Below the pieces are notes generated by a model. That model was not told the origin of the DNA. It did not search any database and saw only the letters and a program-made list of their open reading frames with translations. A stretch of 63,911 nucleotides of DNA, counting the filler, from Reclinomonas americana ATCC 50394 (lineage: Eukaryota), in the NCBI GenBank assembly GCA_048213135.1. It is 9 parts of 4 records of this genome, joined end to end, with 100 filler letters (N's around TTAATTAATTAA, not from the genome) between each part and the next. Parts side by side here need not be neighbours in the genome. Positions count along the whole stretch, not along the records: positions 43,113 to 52,653 come from PS015358.1; positions 52,754 to 56,296 come from PS015359.1; 7 more parts are not named here. One strand, 5' to 3'. The position numbers and the translations under genes are program-made. Positions 44,098 through 55,076 of the stretch are shown here, piece by piece. The stretch's first letter is position 1, and each line of letters opens with the position of its first letter.

Positions 44098-45072
44098 ATG
44101 TCAGGACTGCCGATACGATCGTTCACGCCGTCGCGTCGCAGCGTGCTCCAGGGGGCGGGCGCCGCGCTCATCGCGTCGCGGCCGGCCAGGGCAGCCGACA
44201 GGATGCGCATCGTCAGCAGCCAAAAGGGCTTCTGGGATACGACGCTCATCCTGTTCGGCCAGCAGAAGGGCATCTTCGCCGATAACGGGCTCGAATTCGA
44301 CATCATCTGGACGGATGGCGGCGCCGACATCCAGCAATCCATCATCGCCGGGTCCACCGATTTCGGTGTGGCGCCCGGCATCCTGGGGGCGCTCAGCGCC
44401 TTCGTCAAAGGCGCCCCTGTCGCCGTCACCAACGCCGCGATGACGGGCTCGAGCGACCTGTTCTGGTATGTGCGCGCGGACAGCCCGATCCGCAGCCTCG
44501 CCGACTGCGCCGGCAAGACAGTGGCATTCTCGCGCCCGGGCGCCTCGAGCGAGCTCATTGCCGCCACCCTACTCGACCATGCCGGCGTCAAGGCCAAGCT
44601 GGTCGGCGCCGGCGGACCCGGCGCCACCCTCACCCAGGTCATGTCGGGCCAGCTCGATGTCGGCTGGTCGGCACCCACGGTCGGCCTGGCCGAAGAACGT
44701 GCCGGGCAACTGCGTGTCATCGCCCGCGGCAACGATGCCCCCGGCCTCGCCACGCAGACGGTCCGCGTCGGCATGACCAACACCCGGTTCCTGACCGAGC
44801 GGGCGGATTCGCTCCGGCGCCTTCTCAAGGGAATCCAGCAGACGATCGAATGGGCCTATTCCGGAGACGAAGCGGTGCAGATGTATGCCGATCTCAACCG
44901 CATCGATCTCGCCACCGGCCGGCAGGCGCGGGACGTCAATTATCCGAAGGCGGCGCTGGCGCTGGCCCCGATCGGCAATCTCGATCTCAGCATCGCGCAA
45001 GCCGTCAAGGACAAGCGGCTGTCCGCTCCGCTGACGCCCGAGCAGACCAGGGCCTTCACAGCCAATGTCGGC
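44098..45072 (+). CDS. ABC substrate-binding protein with Tat-like signal, 3' end in gap
   Basis: SRRSVLQG twin-arginine motif; QKGFWD; GKTVAFSRPGASS. Confidence 0.85.
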
Positions 45073-45092
45073 NNNNNNNNNNNNNNNNNNNN

Positions 45093-45588
45093 GCGCCGGC
45101 GGCTGCTGGGGCAGGCCTATGAGCCGTGGCTCGAGGCGGCTTTCGCCGCCCCGATCATCCTGCTCTATCCGCTCTTCCTGATCTTCTTCGGGCGAAGCCT
45201 GGTGACCGTGGCGGTGATGGGGTTCGTCGTGGCGGTGATCCCGGTCATCATCAAGACGCGGGAAGGAATCACCGCGGTGAGGCCGGTTCTTCACAATCTC
45301 GCGCTGTCGCTCCACATGACGCCGCTGCAAAGCCTCGCCAAGATCGTGCTGCCGGCGGCGCTTCCGACGATCTTCGTCGGTTTGCGGCTGGGATTGATCT
45401 ACGCGATGATCAACATCGTCGCGGTCGAGTTCCTCGTCGGCATCGGCGGTCTCGGCTTTGTCGTCGCCGACATGTACGACCGCTACGATATTCCCTCGAT
45501 GTATTCGGCCGTCGTCTTCGTCATTGTGCTGAGCAGCCTGTTTTTCTTGCTGATCGAGCGGGGGGAGCGATGGCTACGGCCGGTCTGA
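45093..45588 (+). CDS. ABC permease, 5' truncated
   Basis: PIILLYPLF, LPAALPTIFVGLRLG, VEFLVGIGGLG. Confidence 0.85.
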
Positions 45589-46355
45589 CTGCGTTCGCCC
45601 CGTCCCGATCCGGCGGCGTGACGGTGACCATGATCCGGATGCTGACGCTCGCCGGCCTGCTGGCCGCATATCAGGCGATCTCGTCATCGGGGCTCGTTTT
45701 CACCGGCGCCATGCCGAGCCTTTGGGCCATCGGCTCGGCGCTGCTGCGGCAGCTCGCGGATGCCGGCTTCTACGCGCATCTCGGCGTCACCGCCTATGAA
45801 GCAGGCACGGGCATCCTGATAGGCGGGAGCGTCGGCCTGCTCTGCGGGATCGCCCTGGGCGTCTCGCGACTGCTGGCCGCGGTGCTCGATCCGTGGGTGC
45901 GTGCGCTCGCCCCCGCACCCAAGATCGTTTTCCTGCCCATCCTAATGGTGCTCTTCGGAATCGATACCGGCCCGAAGATCGCGATGGCGGCGATCTCGGC
46001 TTTCTTCCCGGTGGTCGTGGCGACCTTCGGCGGCATGCGCAGCGTCAGTCCGATCTTGATCCGGGTCGTGCGCAGCTTCGACGCCTCTCTGCCGCAGCTT
46101 GTCCGGCTGGTCTATCTGCCCTCGATCGTGGTGCCCGTGCTCGGCAGCTTGCGGCTCGCCACCGGCGTGGCTCTGATCGGGGCGCTGCTGGCCGAGGTGA
46201 AGATGTCCAATCGCGGCCTGGGGTATCTGATCATCCAGGACTACAATGCTTTCCGGACGGCGGAGATGTACGCCCTGCTCATCTCCGTGTTTACCCTCGC
46301 ACTGGTCGTCAATGCAGCGCTGCGGACGTTCGGGCGCCGCTACGGTGCGGTGTGA
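45570..46355 (+). CDS. ABC permease
   Basis: PAPKIVFLPI, LLAEVKMSNRGLG. Confidence 0.88.
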   Translation: MATAGLTAFAPSRSGGVTVTMIRMLTLAGLLAAYQAISSSGLVFTGAMPSLWAIGSALLRQLADAGFYAHLGVTAYEAGTGILIGGSVGLLCGIALGVSRLLAAVLDPWVRALAPAPKIVFLPILMVLFGIDTGPKIAMAAISAFFPVVVATFGGMRSVSPILIRVVRSFDASLPQLVRLVYLPSIVVPVLGSLRLATGVALIGALLAEVKMSNRGLGYLIIQDYNAFRTAEMYALLISVFTLALVVNAALRTFGRRYGAV

Positions 46356-46418
46356 ACGATCGTTTTTCATGACGGCCCGCCTTGCGCAGACTTCCGCCTT
46401 ATCCGATTGGAAGGGACC

Positions 46419-47615
46419 ATGCCTCTCGACAACGCGATCAATATCGCGGACCTTGCTGCCCGCGCGCGACGGCGCCTGCCGCGTGTGGTCTGGGACTATC
46501 TCGACGGCGGAGCGGAGGACGAAGCGACGCTGCGCGACAATCGTGCCGCCTTCGAACGGTGGCGGCTGACGCCAAGCGTGCTGACCGGCAACAAGCAGCG
46601 CGATCAGTCGGTCGAGCTGTTCGGCAGCCGGTTCCTCGGGCCGTTCATGATCGGGCCGACCGGGCTCAACGGCCTGTTCTGGCCGGATGCGGACCTCGAA
46701 CTCGCCCGAGCCGCGGCCGATGCGGGCGTGGGTTTCGCATTGTCGACGGCATCGAACAACGCGCTCGAACAGGTGGCCGCGATCGGCGCAGGCACGCGCT
46801 GGTTCCAGCTCTACCCCTGGGGCGACGTCAGCTTCGCAAGCCGGCTGCTCGAACGCGCGCGCAACGCCGGGTATCAGGCCGTGATCGTCACCGTCGATAC
46901 GCTGACGGCCGGCAAGCGCGAGCGCGACCTGCGCAACAATTTCTCGCATGAGTTGCGCCTGACGCCCCGGGTCGTGCTCGACGGTCTCCTTCACCCCGGC
47001 TGGCTGGCCAATGTCTGGCTGAACAAAGGGATGCCGCGCTTCGAGAACCTCGCCGAGTTCCTGACGCCCGGCGCCACGGCTGCCGAGCTTGCCGACTTCA
47101 CGCGCTCGAAGCGCAATCCCGCGTTCTGCTGGGACGATATCGCACGGCTGAAGGAGCGCTGGAACGGGCCGCTGCTCGTCAAGGGAATCCTCTCCGGCGC
47201 CGATGCCCTGCGCGCCCGCGAGCACGGCGCCGACGGCGTCATCGTCTCCAACCACGGCGGTCGCCAGCTCGACGGCGCACCGGCCTCCATCGACGCCCTG
47301 CCCGAGGTGGTGCAAGCGACGGATGGTCGGATGGTCGTGCTCATGGACGGGGGCATCCGGCGCGGCTCCGACATCGTCAAGGCTGTGGCGCTCGGCGCCG
47401 ATGCCGTCCTGCTTGGGCGCGCGACTCTGTACGGCGTTGCGGCAGCGGGGCGGGCCGGGGTCGAGCGTGCGCTGGCGATACTGCGAGACGAAGTCGATCG
47501 GACCATGGCGTTGACAGGCGTGCGCACCCTCGCGGAGCTTCGCGCGAGGGACATCCTCTTCCCGCATCCGGCGTCCAGGAAGATATCCGCCCGGTCCGAA
47601 CTCGCGGCGTGCTGA
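46419..47615 (+). CDS. FMN-dependent alpha-hydroxy acid dehydrogenase, (S)-mandelate dehydrogenase MdlB-like
   Basis: DYLDGGAEDE, IGPTGLNG, LSTASN, RERDLRN, SNHGGRQLD, RRGSDIVKA. Confidence 0.85.
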   Translation: MPLDNAINIADLAARARRRLPRVVWDYLDGGAEDEATLRDNRAAFERWRLTPSVLTGNKQRDQSVELFGSRFLGPFMIGPTGLNGLFWPDADLELARAAADAGVGFALSTASNNALEQVAAIGAGTRWFQLYPWGDVSFASRLLERARNAGYQAVIVTVDTLTAGKRERDLRNNFSHELRLTPRVVLDGLLHPGWLANVWLNKGMPRFENLAEFLTPGATAAELADFTRSKRNPAFCWDDIARLKERWNGPLLVKGILSGADALRAREHGADGVIVSNHGGRQLDGAPASIDALPEVVQATDGRMVVLMDGGIRRGSDIVKAVALGADAVLLGRATLYGVAAAGRAGVERALAILRDEVDRTMALTGVRTLAELRARDILFPHPASRKISARSELAAC

Positions 47616-47716
47616 GCGCCACGATCGATGCCTCTTCCCCTCTTTGCCACGCCCGCCCGTTTCCCTCCTCATCCCGCTCGCCTGATGGCGAACCGCGTGG
47701 AAAGGTCGCCTCTCCC

Positions 47717-48643
47717 ATGACATTGCTGGCGGCGCGGCTCGGCGAGCTGTTTTCGATTCTGTCCGTCCTGGCCTTCGCCTTCGGCGGGGTCGCGATCGCC
47801 AAGGCACGCAAAAGCGGGCCGGGCGACGGAGGGGCCATTCTCTCGGTGGGTTTCACCGCGCTGCTTTCTGCAGTCCTCTGGCTGAGCATGGCGCGGGGTT
47901 CTGAGAACCTGGTCGGAAGACCTGGCGCGCTCGCAGGTCTCGCATGGTTCGCGCTTTCGGGACTTCTCGCGACGGCCCTTGCCCGCAGCCTCTATTTCCT
48001 GTCGGTACGGGATCTCGGCGCGATCCGCGGTGCCGCGGTCAAGCGTGCCATTCCCTTTTTCTCCGTGCTGTTCGGCGTCGTCTTTCTCGGCGAGATCCTG
48101 ACCTCGGCCAAGCTAGGCGGCCTCCTGCTGATCGCGATCAGCGTCGCCGCCCTGGTGGCGGTCGATCTCGCGGGCAGCGGAAAGTTTGCGGCGCCGGCCA
48201 CGGACAAGATCGAACCGCTGGGCTATGTCTGGGGAACGGCTTCGGGTCTCTGTTACGCCTCGGCCTACGTCGCGCGTAAATTCGGCCTCAACCTCATTCC
48301 GGACGGAGCGTTGGGTACCTTCGTCGGAGCCATGGCAGCCATGAGTTACTATATGCTGGCGGCGCTCGTCAGCCGACATAGTCGCAGGACGATCGTCACG
48401 GCGCTGATCGCGCGCAATGTCTGGGGCTTAGTCGCGGCGGTATGCTTCGCAGCGGGACAGATCGCCAACTTTTATGCGATACAGTACACCGCGATCTCGA
48501 CCGTCGGTGCGATCCAGTCGCTCGAAGTTTTCGTTTCGATGCTGATAGCCGCGTTCCTCCTACGAACCGAACGCGCTCCGAATCTTATCACCATCGCCGC
48601 AGCATTGGTCGCAACTGCAGGGGTGCTGCTGGTCGTCGCCTGA
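47717..48643 (+). CDS. DMT/EamA-family transporter
   Basis: About 10 hydrophobic helices in two repeats; FSVLFGVVFLGE. Confidence 0.82.
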   Translation: MTLLAARLGELFSILSVLAFAFGGVAIAKARKSGPGDGGAILSVGFTALLSAVLWLSMARGSENLVGRPGALAGLAWFALSGLLATALARSLYFLSVRDLGAIRGAAVKRAIPFFSVLFGVVFLGEILTSAKLGGLLLIAISVAALVAVDLAGSGKFAAPATDKIEPLGYVWGTASGLCYASAYVARKFGLNLIPDGALGTFVGAMAAMSYYMLAALVSRHSRRTIVTALIARNVWGLVAAVCFAAGQIANFYAIQYTAISTVGAIQSLEVFVSMLIAAFLLRTERAPNLITIAAALVATAGVLLVVA

Positions 48644-48680
48644 CGCCAGCTGCACGATTAACCGCATATCCAATCGATGC

Positions 48681-48887
48681 TTACCGCCTGTTAGGCGGTT
48701 CTTCCGGCGGGGGATTGTTCGCGGCGGCCGACAGGATCGCAATGGTATCCTGCTCGGCGGCCGCGGCGCTCTTGTAGCGCGGTGCCGTGGTCACCAGCGG
48801 CTTTTCGGCGTCGGCCGGCAGGTAGATCTCGATGGCGAAGCGGCCGGAGGCACGATCCTCGACTGGTTCAATACGGATCGTCGGCAT
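48681..48887 (-). CDS. Small hypothetical protein (68 aa)
   Basis: Strong GGAGG RBS before ATG; coding-like composition. Confidence 0.6.
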   Translation of the reverse strand: MPTIRIEPVEDRASGRFAIEIYLPADAEKPLVTTAPRYKSAAAAEQDTIAILSAAANNPPPEEPPNRR

Positions 48888-49071
48888 GTCAAATCCTCCC
48901 TATTCTCATGAGCGCGAAAGTCTCCTCTGGTATTTTTAGGATATTCGCAGGCCGGTGGTCCAAGACAAAAGCGCTTTGTCAGCCAAGCTTCATGCTCATG
49001 GTCGCTTTCGGCCGTCGCGGCCATCAGGCTTTCGATCGTAGCGGAGCAAACCGGTGTCGAACCCGCTCGCA

Positions 49072-49142
49072 GATGCTCCAGGCCTTTGATTTTGCACCGG
49101 CTCTCCCGAAAACCGCGTTACGCTTCTCGGGCCATGCTCTAG
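49072..49142 (-). repeat. CTAG-anchored palindromic intergenic repeat
   Basis: The minus strand reads CTAGAGCATGGCCCGAGAAGCGTAACGCGGTTTTCGGGAGAGCCGGTGC, similar to 36143-36193. Confidence 0.6.
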
Positions 49143-49606
49143 CTGGCCGACACCAACCGCAATGGCGCGCGCGAGGCCTCGTTGTTGGATTCGACGAGCC
49201 TGGCCAATATGCTCAGGAAGGCCTGCCGGTCATCGGGCGGCAGCGGGGCCAGGATTCGCATCTGGGCTCGCTCGACCAAGGGCTCGGCCTGCACGAGAAC
49301 CGCCTCACCCTCGGGCGTGAGCCGCAGAACCTTGACGCGCCTGTCGTTGTGATTGCCCGAACGCAGGATGAGCCGTTTCGTCTCGAGACGCTCCAGCACG
49401 TTGGCGAGCGTGGAGCGATCGAAAGCGACCAGCGCGGACAACCGCGTCGCGTCGATCCCCGGATTGTCGCGGATGGTGACGAGCGCGGCATATTGCACCG
49501 GCGTCATGTCCAGGGACGCGCATTCGTCGAGGAAGATCGAGACTGCGATCTGCTGGGCGCGCCTGATCAGATGACCGGGCATCGAATAGAGATTCTGGCT
49601 CGCCAT
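49139..49606 (-). CDS. MarR-family regulator (MobR/PcaV-like)
   Basis: PGHLIRRAQQI, TPVQYAAL, DRST, DRRVKVLRLT. Confidence 0.9.
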   Translation of the reverse strand: MASQNLYSMPGHLIRRAQQIAVSIFLDECASLDMTPVQYAALVTIRDNPGIDATRLSALVAFDRSTLANVLERLETKRLILRSGNHNDRRVKVLRLTPEGEAVLVQAEPLVERAQMRILAPLPPDDRQAFLSILARLVESNNEASRAPLRLVSAS

Positions 49607-49696
49607 TCTATGATCTTCGCCTCGCCTTCATCCCGCAACGGCGGCAACCCATGCCAGGAGCGACATCCCGCGGCAAACAGAGCCGGTCTTCCTCTT

Positions 49697-51624
49697 TCAC
49701 CTCGCCGGTCCGATCTCCTCCGGGACCAGCATGAAGGACGCGAAGAAGGCCGAGAGCGCTGCCCCGTCTGCGAGCGGCAGGATCTCCGCGACATACTGGT
49801 CTGGCCTGACGACGACGACGCAGCCGGCCTCGCGGCGGACGCCGCGCAGATCGAAGATGTCCTGCCCCGAGCGCGTATCGGCGCAGAACAGCTTTTCATA
49901 GTCCCATAGACCGTAGCGTCCCTTCGTCGGCCGCAGAAGGGCCGGGACGCGGGCCATATCGACCTCGCGATGGTTCTGCTGCAGCACCGCCAGCACGTCG
50001 ATCACGGCGTCGACATCCTGTCCCGGCGGCGTATGGCGCCGGACGGGCGACGATCCGTCGGCATCGAGGAAACGGCAGAGCTTCATCAGCTCCGATCCGG
50101 CCTCGAAAGGGTCGCCCGCATCGGCGAAGGCGACCAGGCGCCAGCGTCCGTCCGCCTTCGCACAATGGCCCAGTTCCACCGGCTTTGCGTCCGCCAGCCG
50201 TACGACCGGGGCCGAATGCAGCCGCATGCCGAGCGGAAAGCCGCTTGCCAGACCCTGGTGCCGGCCATCGCCGCAGATCAGCGAGGGCTTGTAGCGGACG
50301 GCCGTGCCGGCTGTGAACCGCCCCTGCTTGACGAAATAGCGCTGGAACTCGGCAGGATCGACGGCATCATCCTGGTTGCCGGCCCCCGTTTTGGGACGGG
50401 CGCTGAACATCCGGGCGAACTCGCGGTCGAAATCGATCAGCTCCTTTGCGACGGCATGGCGCTCGATCGAATATGTGTCGAGCAGCCGCGGCGAGGCCTG
50501 TCCCCGGATGACGGCCGCCAGCTTCCAGCCGAGATTGAAGGCATCGCCCATCGAGACGTTCATGCCCTGCCCCGCCTTGGGGCTGTGGGTGTGACAGGCA
50601 TCCCCGGCGATAAAGACGCGCGGCCGGCGATCCTCCCCGGCCGGGACGTCGTCGAACTTGTCGCATAACCGCTGGCCGATCTCGTAGACCGACCACCAGG
50701 CGATCTCCTTCACATCGAGGGAATAAGGACGGATGATGCGCCGGGCTGCCGCAACGAGCCGGTCCGCGGTGATCGCGCGGGCCGAGACCCGCTCGTTTTC
50801 GGCGAGCTTGTCGAGCTCGATATAGAAGCGCACGAGATAGCCGCCCTCGCGCGGGATGATCAGCATGCTGCCTTCCTCGGCGGAGTGGATGGCGCTCTTC
50901 AGGCGGNNNNNNNNNNNNNNNNNNNNNNNNNNNNNNNNNNNNNNNNNNNNNNNNNNNNNNNNNNNNNNNNNNNNNNNNNNNNNNNNNNNNNNNNNNNNNN
51001 NNNNNNNNNNNNNNNNNNNNNNNNNNNNNNNNNNNNNNNNNNNNNNNNNNNNNNNNNNNNNNNNNNNNNNNNNNNNNNNNNNNNNNNNNNNNNNNNNNNN
51101 NNNNNNNNNNNNNNNNNNTCTCGAGATCGACAAAGCGCAACCCATAAGTGCGGCTCGAGGCCGAGCGGCGCATGGCGCATGGTCTCGAGGAGAAAATCAT
51201 GCACGCGCGCCTGATTGAGGATGACATGCGGAAACTCGGACAGGCCGTCCTCGGTATCCTGGATGCGGCCGTGACGCATGATCTTGCCGGCATCCGCCTC
51301 ATCGGGCTTCCAGAAGGTCGTTTCGTTAACCCAGTAGGCCTCCTTCACGACACGTTCGGCAAAGCCGAAGGCCTCGAACATCTCCATCGTGCGGCAGGCG
51401 ATGCCGTCCGCCTGCCCGATCTGGAGCGGTCCGGACTTCTGCTCGACGATGCAGACGCTGAGATCGGGAAAGGCGGCGAGCTGGGCCGCCAGGACCAGCC
51501 CCGCCGGGCCGCAGCCGACGATCAGGACATCGACCTCCCGCGGCAGGCTCCGGTCGCCTCCGGACGCCGGGATCGTCCGCACCGCCGGATCCCCCGGCCT
51601 GAAACCATCGAGATGAAATTGCAC
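49697..51624 (-). CDS. FAD monooxygenase, 3-hydroxybenzoate 4-hydroxylase (MobA)/phenol hydroxylase family; gap 50907-51118
   Basis: MQFHLDGFRPGDP, VGCGPAGL, GQADGIACRT, LSEFPHVILNQARVHD, GDACHTHSPKAGQGMN, VVVRPDQYVA. Confidence 0.88.
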
Positions 51625-51657
51625 GGGCGCTTCCAGAATCTCGGAACAGTTTGCGGT

Positions 51658-52449
51658 TCAGCCGGGCACGGCCTCGCAGCGAATGCGCGCTCTCTCGAGC
51701 CAGAGATCCCAGGGCCGCTGCATCTGACCCTCGACCTTGTCGACGCAGGCGCGGCACTCGCCCTCGGTCAGGAAGGTGACCTCGCCGAGCTGCATCGCCT
51801 GCAACTGGTAGCGTGCGTTCAGCTCCGCATAGACCGCGCGATAGACGGCACGCTTGATCGAATCGCCGACGACGGTCGAACCGTGCCCCCGCATCAGCAC
51901 GATATCGCTTGAAGAGAAATGCTGGGCCAGCGCCGCGCCGATGTCGCCATTGCTGATCAGCAGATCCGTCGCCTCGCCGGCCACCTCCCGGATCTCGAAG
52001 ACCGGTGCGCCGGGCCCGATGAAGCCCGCCATATGGAACAGCGGACGCAGATGCGCGCCCTTGACGACGCTGAGCGGCACGATCGAATGCGAGTGGCTAT
52101 GGACCACCGCCTGGACGTCCGGCCGTGCCTTGAAGATCTCGGAATGGATGAAGCGTTCGAGATAGACCTTGCGCCCCTTCGCGTTCACCGCCTCGCCATC
52201 GAGCGTGAACTCCACCAGATCGTCGCGAGTGACCCTTCCCGGCGCCATGTTGCGGGCGAGGAAGAAACGGTCCGGCCGCTTGTCGTGCCGGACGCTGACA
52301 TGGCCGAAGGCATCGACGACACCCTGGTCGAACAGGATGTGATTGGCGGCCACCAGCTCGTCGAGCAAGGCAGGCGAAACGTCGCTCGACGCATCACCGA
52401 CGTCAGGAACCGCAACCGCGGCCTGGCTTTCAGACTCGTTGCGACACAT
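51658..52449 (-). CDS. Class II aldolase/adducin-fold protein of the HMPD-decarboxylase-like subgroup
   Basis: LVAANHIL..QGVVDAFGHVSVR, YLERFIHSEIFKARPDV, HSHS, LRPLFH, EATDLL, LMRGHG, RPWDLW. Confidence 0.85.
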   Translation of the reverse strand: MCRNESESQAAVAVPDVGDASSDVSPALLDELVAANHILFDQGVVDAFGHVSVRHDKRPDRFFLARNMAPGRVTRDDLVEFTLDGEAVNAKGRKVYLERFIHSEIFKARPDVQAVVHSHSHSIVPLSVVKGAHLRPLFHMAGFIGPGAPVFEIREVAGEATDLLISNGDIGAALAQHFSSSDIVLMRGHGSTVVGDSIKRAVYRAVYAELNARYQLQAMQLGEVTFLTEGECRACVDKVEGQMQRPWDLWLERARIRCEAVPG

Positions 52450-52518
52450 GGCCCGTCCTCCCTTGGAAGCTGTTCCGCCTTGTCTCTCCGTAACGGCCTC
52501 AGCGGAGGCTGAAGAATA

Positions 52519-52546
52519 TGAGAGCACTGAATATCAGCATACAGAT
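52519..52546. promoter_or_regulatory. Putative tandem MarR operators upstream of the aldolase-monooxygenase-marR operon
   Basis: TGAGAGCACTGA and ATCAGCATACAGAT, each one mismatch from a TCAG-N4-CTGA palindrome. Confidence 0.45.
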
Positions 52547-52970
52547 CAATTACAAACCTTATCGGCGCATTTTCGAGCAGAGCGGAACGCCTCCGCGTAA
52601 AAACGACGAATAAGATGCTTGGGGCGCTTTGACGGAGGTACGGAACGCAATGGNNNNNNNNNNNNNNNNNNNNNNNNNNNNNNNNNNNNNNNNNNNNTTA
52701 ATTAATTAANNNNNNNNNNNNNNNNNNNNNNNNNNNNNNNNNNNNNNNNNNNNCTCAACCAGGTCGGCGATACCCGGACCTTCCTTGCCCGCTTGTCGAT
52801 CCGGAAATGACCGCGGTGCTGAGCATGGTATTTGCCTACAACAAGCCGACCTCGTTCCTGACGCGGGAATTTGTGGGCGAGCTGCGCGCCCGCATCAAAT
52901 CGTTTTCGGAAGAGCAGGCCCGCGTGATCGCGTCGTTCGAGCGGCGATACTGACCCGGGCGGACTCCGGG

Positions 52971-55076
52971 TCAGGCGACGCGCCGCAGATGCGCCTCCTC
53001 CGCCGCGGCCGTCCGGAATTGCGCGACCAATCCGTGAAGCCGGTCGATCTGGACGGCGAGAGCCACTGCCGATGCCGAGCTCTGCTCGGCGAGCGCGGCG
53101 TTCTGCTGGGTCATCTCATCCATATGCGCCACGACCTGGCTCACCTCGTCGATTCCGCTCGCCTGCTCGTCGCAGGCGACCGAGATCTGGGACACGTTTC
53201 CGACGACCCGATCGGACGCCTCGACGATCCGCGCGAGCGTGTCGCCGGCCTGACGCACGAGCGCCACGCCCTGCTCGACCTCGCGCGTCGACGAGGAAAT
53301 CAGCGTGCCGATGTCCTTGGCGGCGTCCGCAGCGCGCTGCGCCAGCGTCCGCACTTCGGTTGCAACCACCGCGAAACCGCGGCCGGCATCGCCGGCGCGG
53401 GCGGCCTCGACCGCAGCGTTGAGGGCAAGCAGGTTCGTCTGGAACGCGATTTCCTCGATGACATTGGTGATTGCCGCCACGCGGCCAGCGGTCGTTTCGA
53501 TCTGTGACATGGCGGTGACGGCCTGGCCGATGATCGTGCCTCCCTCCGCCGCGACCGAGCGCGCCGCTTCTGCATCGGCGACCACGAGTTTGGAGGAGCG
53601 GGCCGTCGATTTCACGGAAGCGGCCAGCTGCTCCGTCGTTGCTGCTGTCTCCTCCAGGGAAGCGGCCTGCTGCTCCGTGCGCTGCGCCAGATCATCGGCG
53701 CCAGTCTTGATCTCGGTCGAGGAGACCTGCACCTCCTGCGCCGTCCTCTGAATCGTCGCCACCGCGGTGCTCAGCCTGTTCGCGGTGCGGTTGATGGCCG
53801 TCTTCAACTGATCGAGCCGCCCGCGGTAATCACGGTTCACATCCTGGACGAGATCACCTTCCGCGATGGCTTTCAGCACCCGCTCGAAATCGCCGGTGGC
53901 TTCGTCGACGACGGCATTGATCCGGTTGATGCCATCGGCGAGAGCGCGCAGNNNNNNNNNNNNNNNNNNNNCCGCCATGCGGCCGATCTCGTCGGAACGG
54001 TCGGCAAACGGGACGGCTGTGTCGAGGGAGCCGTCCGCAATCTCCGTCATCGAAGCCGCAAGGCGGCCGAACAGCGAGCGGATCACGCGGCTCACCCGCA
54101 AAGCCAGCCCCACCGCAAGCAGGATGACGACGACCGATGCCGCCCCGTAAAGCAGGAAGCTGCGATAGCTCGAGTCGAGCAGTTCCGCGGTCTGCACCGA
54201 TAAGCTGTTGCGCATCTCCTCGATCTGTTTCAGCCAGAAGGCCCGGCGCGCCTGGTCGGCCTTCGTCCAGCCGGGTGCATCCTTGGGATCGAGCTTGTCG
54301 TAGCCGGCATCGAGCAGCAGCGGCCGCACGCGGTTGATCAGCTGATAGTCGGCGGATCCGAGGAAATCCTTGTATTGGGCGATGTGCTCCGGCCGCGCGA
54401 ACGCCTCGAACTGCCGCCCGAAGATCTGCTGGAGCTCCACGCCCCGGTGCATGACGCGAAACAGCGACTGGCTCAGCTTGCCCGTCTGGAATGCGATCTC
54501 GCCGCGGCCGCCTTCGTTAAGACTGCCGGTGCTGATCTCGAGGGCCGCATGCAGGGCCAGGATCGGCCGGGCGATCTCGCTGTTGTCGACGGCGCCGGCG
54601 ATACGTCCCACGAGCTCATTGGCGAGATTGCTGCTGTTCTGCAGGAATGCGCCCATCTGCGAGCGATCCGTCTCGCGGCGCATGGCCTTCTGCCGGATCT
54701 CGCCGAGGAGCTGGCGCTGCTCGAGTATCGTCCGCAACAACCCGGCCGTTTCGGGATTGGGGATCTGCGCGGCCCCGGCAGCGAGCTCGATGCGCTGGAA
54801 GGCCTCGTCCGTCAGGGGCCATTGCGTTTCCATCTTGGCGCGCGCCTCGGCCGTACCCTGAGCGAGATAGGGATAGGCGGCCCTGCCTTCGTTCGGGATC
54901 GCGGTCGCCGAGAAGATCGTGGTCGCGTCCACGAGCGCCTGCAGATGCGAGGCTCTCCGGACCTCCTGATAGGTGCGGAAACTCTGGTAGGCGAGGATCG
55001 CGCCAAAGCACACCAGTGCCAGGAGAGGCACGAGCGTCAGGCAATGAAGCAGATTGCCAAGTCGGATTTTGTGCAT
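52971..55076 (-). CDS. Methyl-accepting chemotaxis protein (middle lost in gap)
   Basis: Two TM helices around a helical periplasmic domain; [34 protein letters not shown]. Confidence 0.93.
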   Translation of the reverse strand: MHKIRLGNLLHCLTLVPLLALVCFGAILAYQSFRTYQEVRRASHLQALVDATTIFSATAIPNEGRAAYPYLAQGTAEARAKMETQWPLTDEAFQRIELAAGAAQIPNPETAGLLRTILEQRQLLGEIRQKAMRRETDRSQMGAFLQNSSNLANELVGRIAGAVDNSEIARPILALHAALEISTGSLNEGGRGEIAFQTGKLSQSLFRVMHRGVELQQIFGRQFEAFARPEHIAQYKDFLGSADYQLINRVRPLLLDAGYDKLDPKDAPGWTKADQARRAFWLKQIEEMRNSLSVQTAELLDSSYRSFLLYGAASVVVILLAVGLALRVSRVIRSLFGRLAASMTEIADGSLDTAVPFADRSDEIGRMAXXXXXXXLRALADGINRINAVVDEATGDFERVLKAIAEGDLVQDVNRDYRGRLDQLKTAINRTANRLSTAVATIQRTAQEVQVSSTEIKTGADDLAQRTEQQAASLEETAATTEQLAASVKSTARSSKLVVADAEAARSVAAEGGTIIGQAVTAMSQIETTAGRVAAITNVIEEIAFQTNLLALNAAVEAARAGDAGRGFAVVATEVRTLAQRAADAAKDIGTLISSSTREVEQGVALVRQAGDTLARIVEASDRVVGNVSQISVACDEQASGIDEVSQVVAHMDEMTQQNAALAEQSSASAVALAVQIDRLHGLVAQFRTAAAEEAHLRRVA

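Noticed and set aside
44098..45588. Apparent SBP-permease fusion ORF
   Set aside because: The frame runs through a 20-N placeholder gap; the SBP end and permease start are missing.
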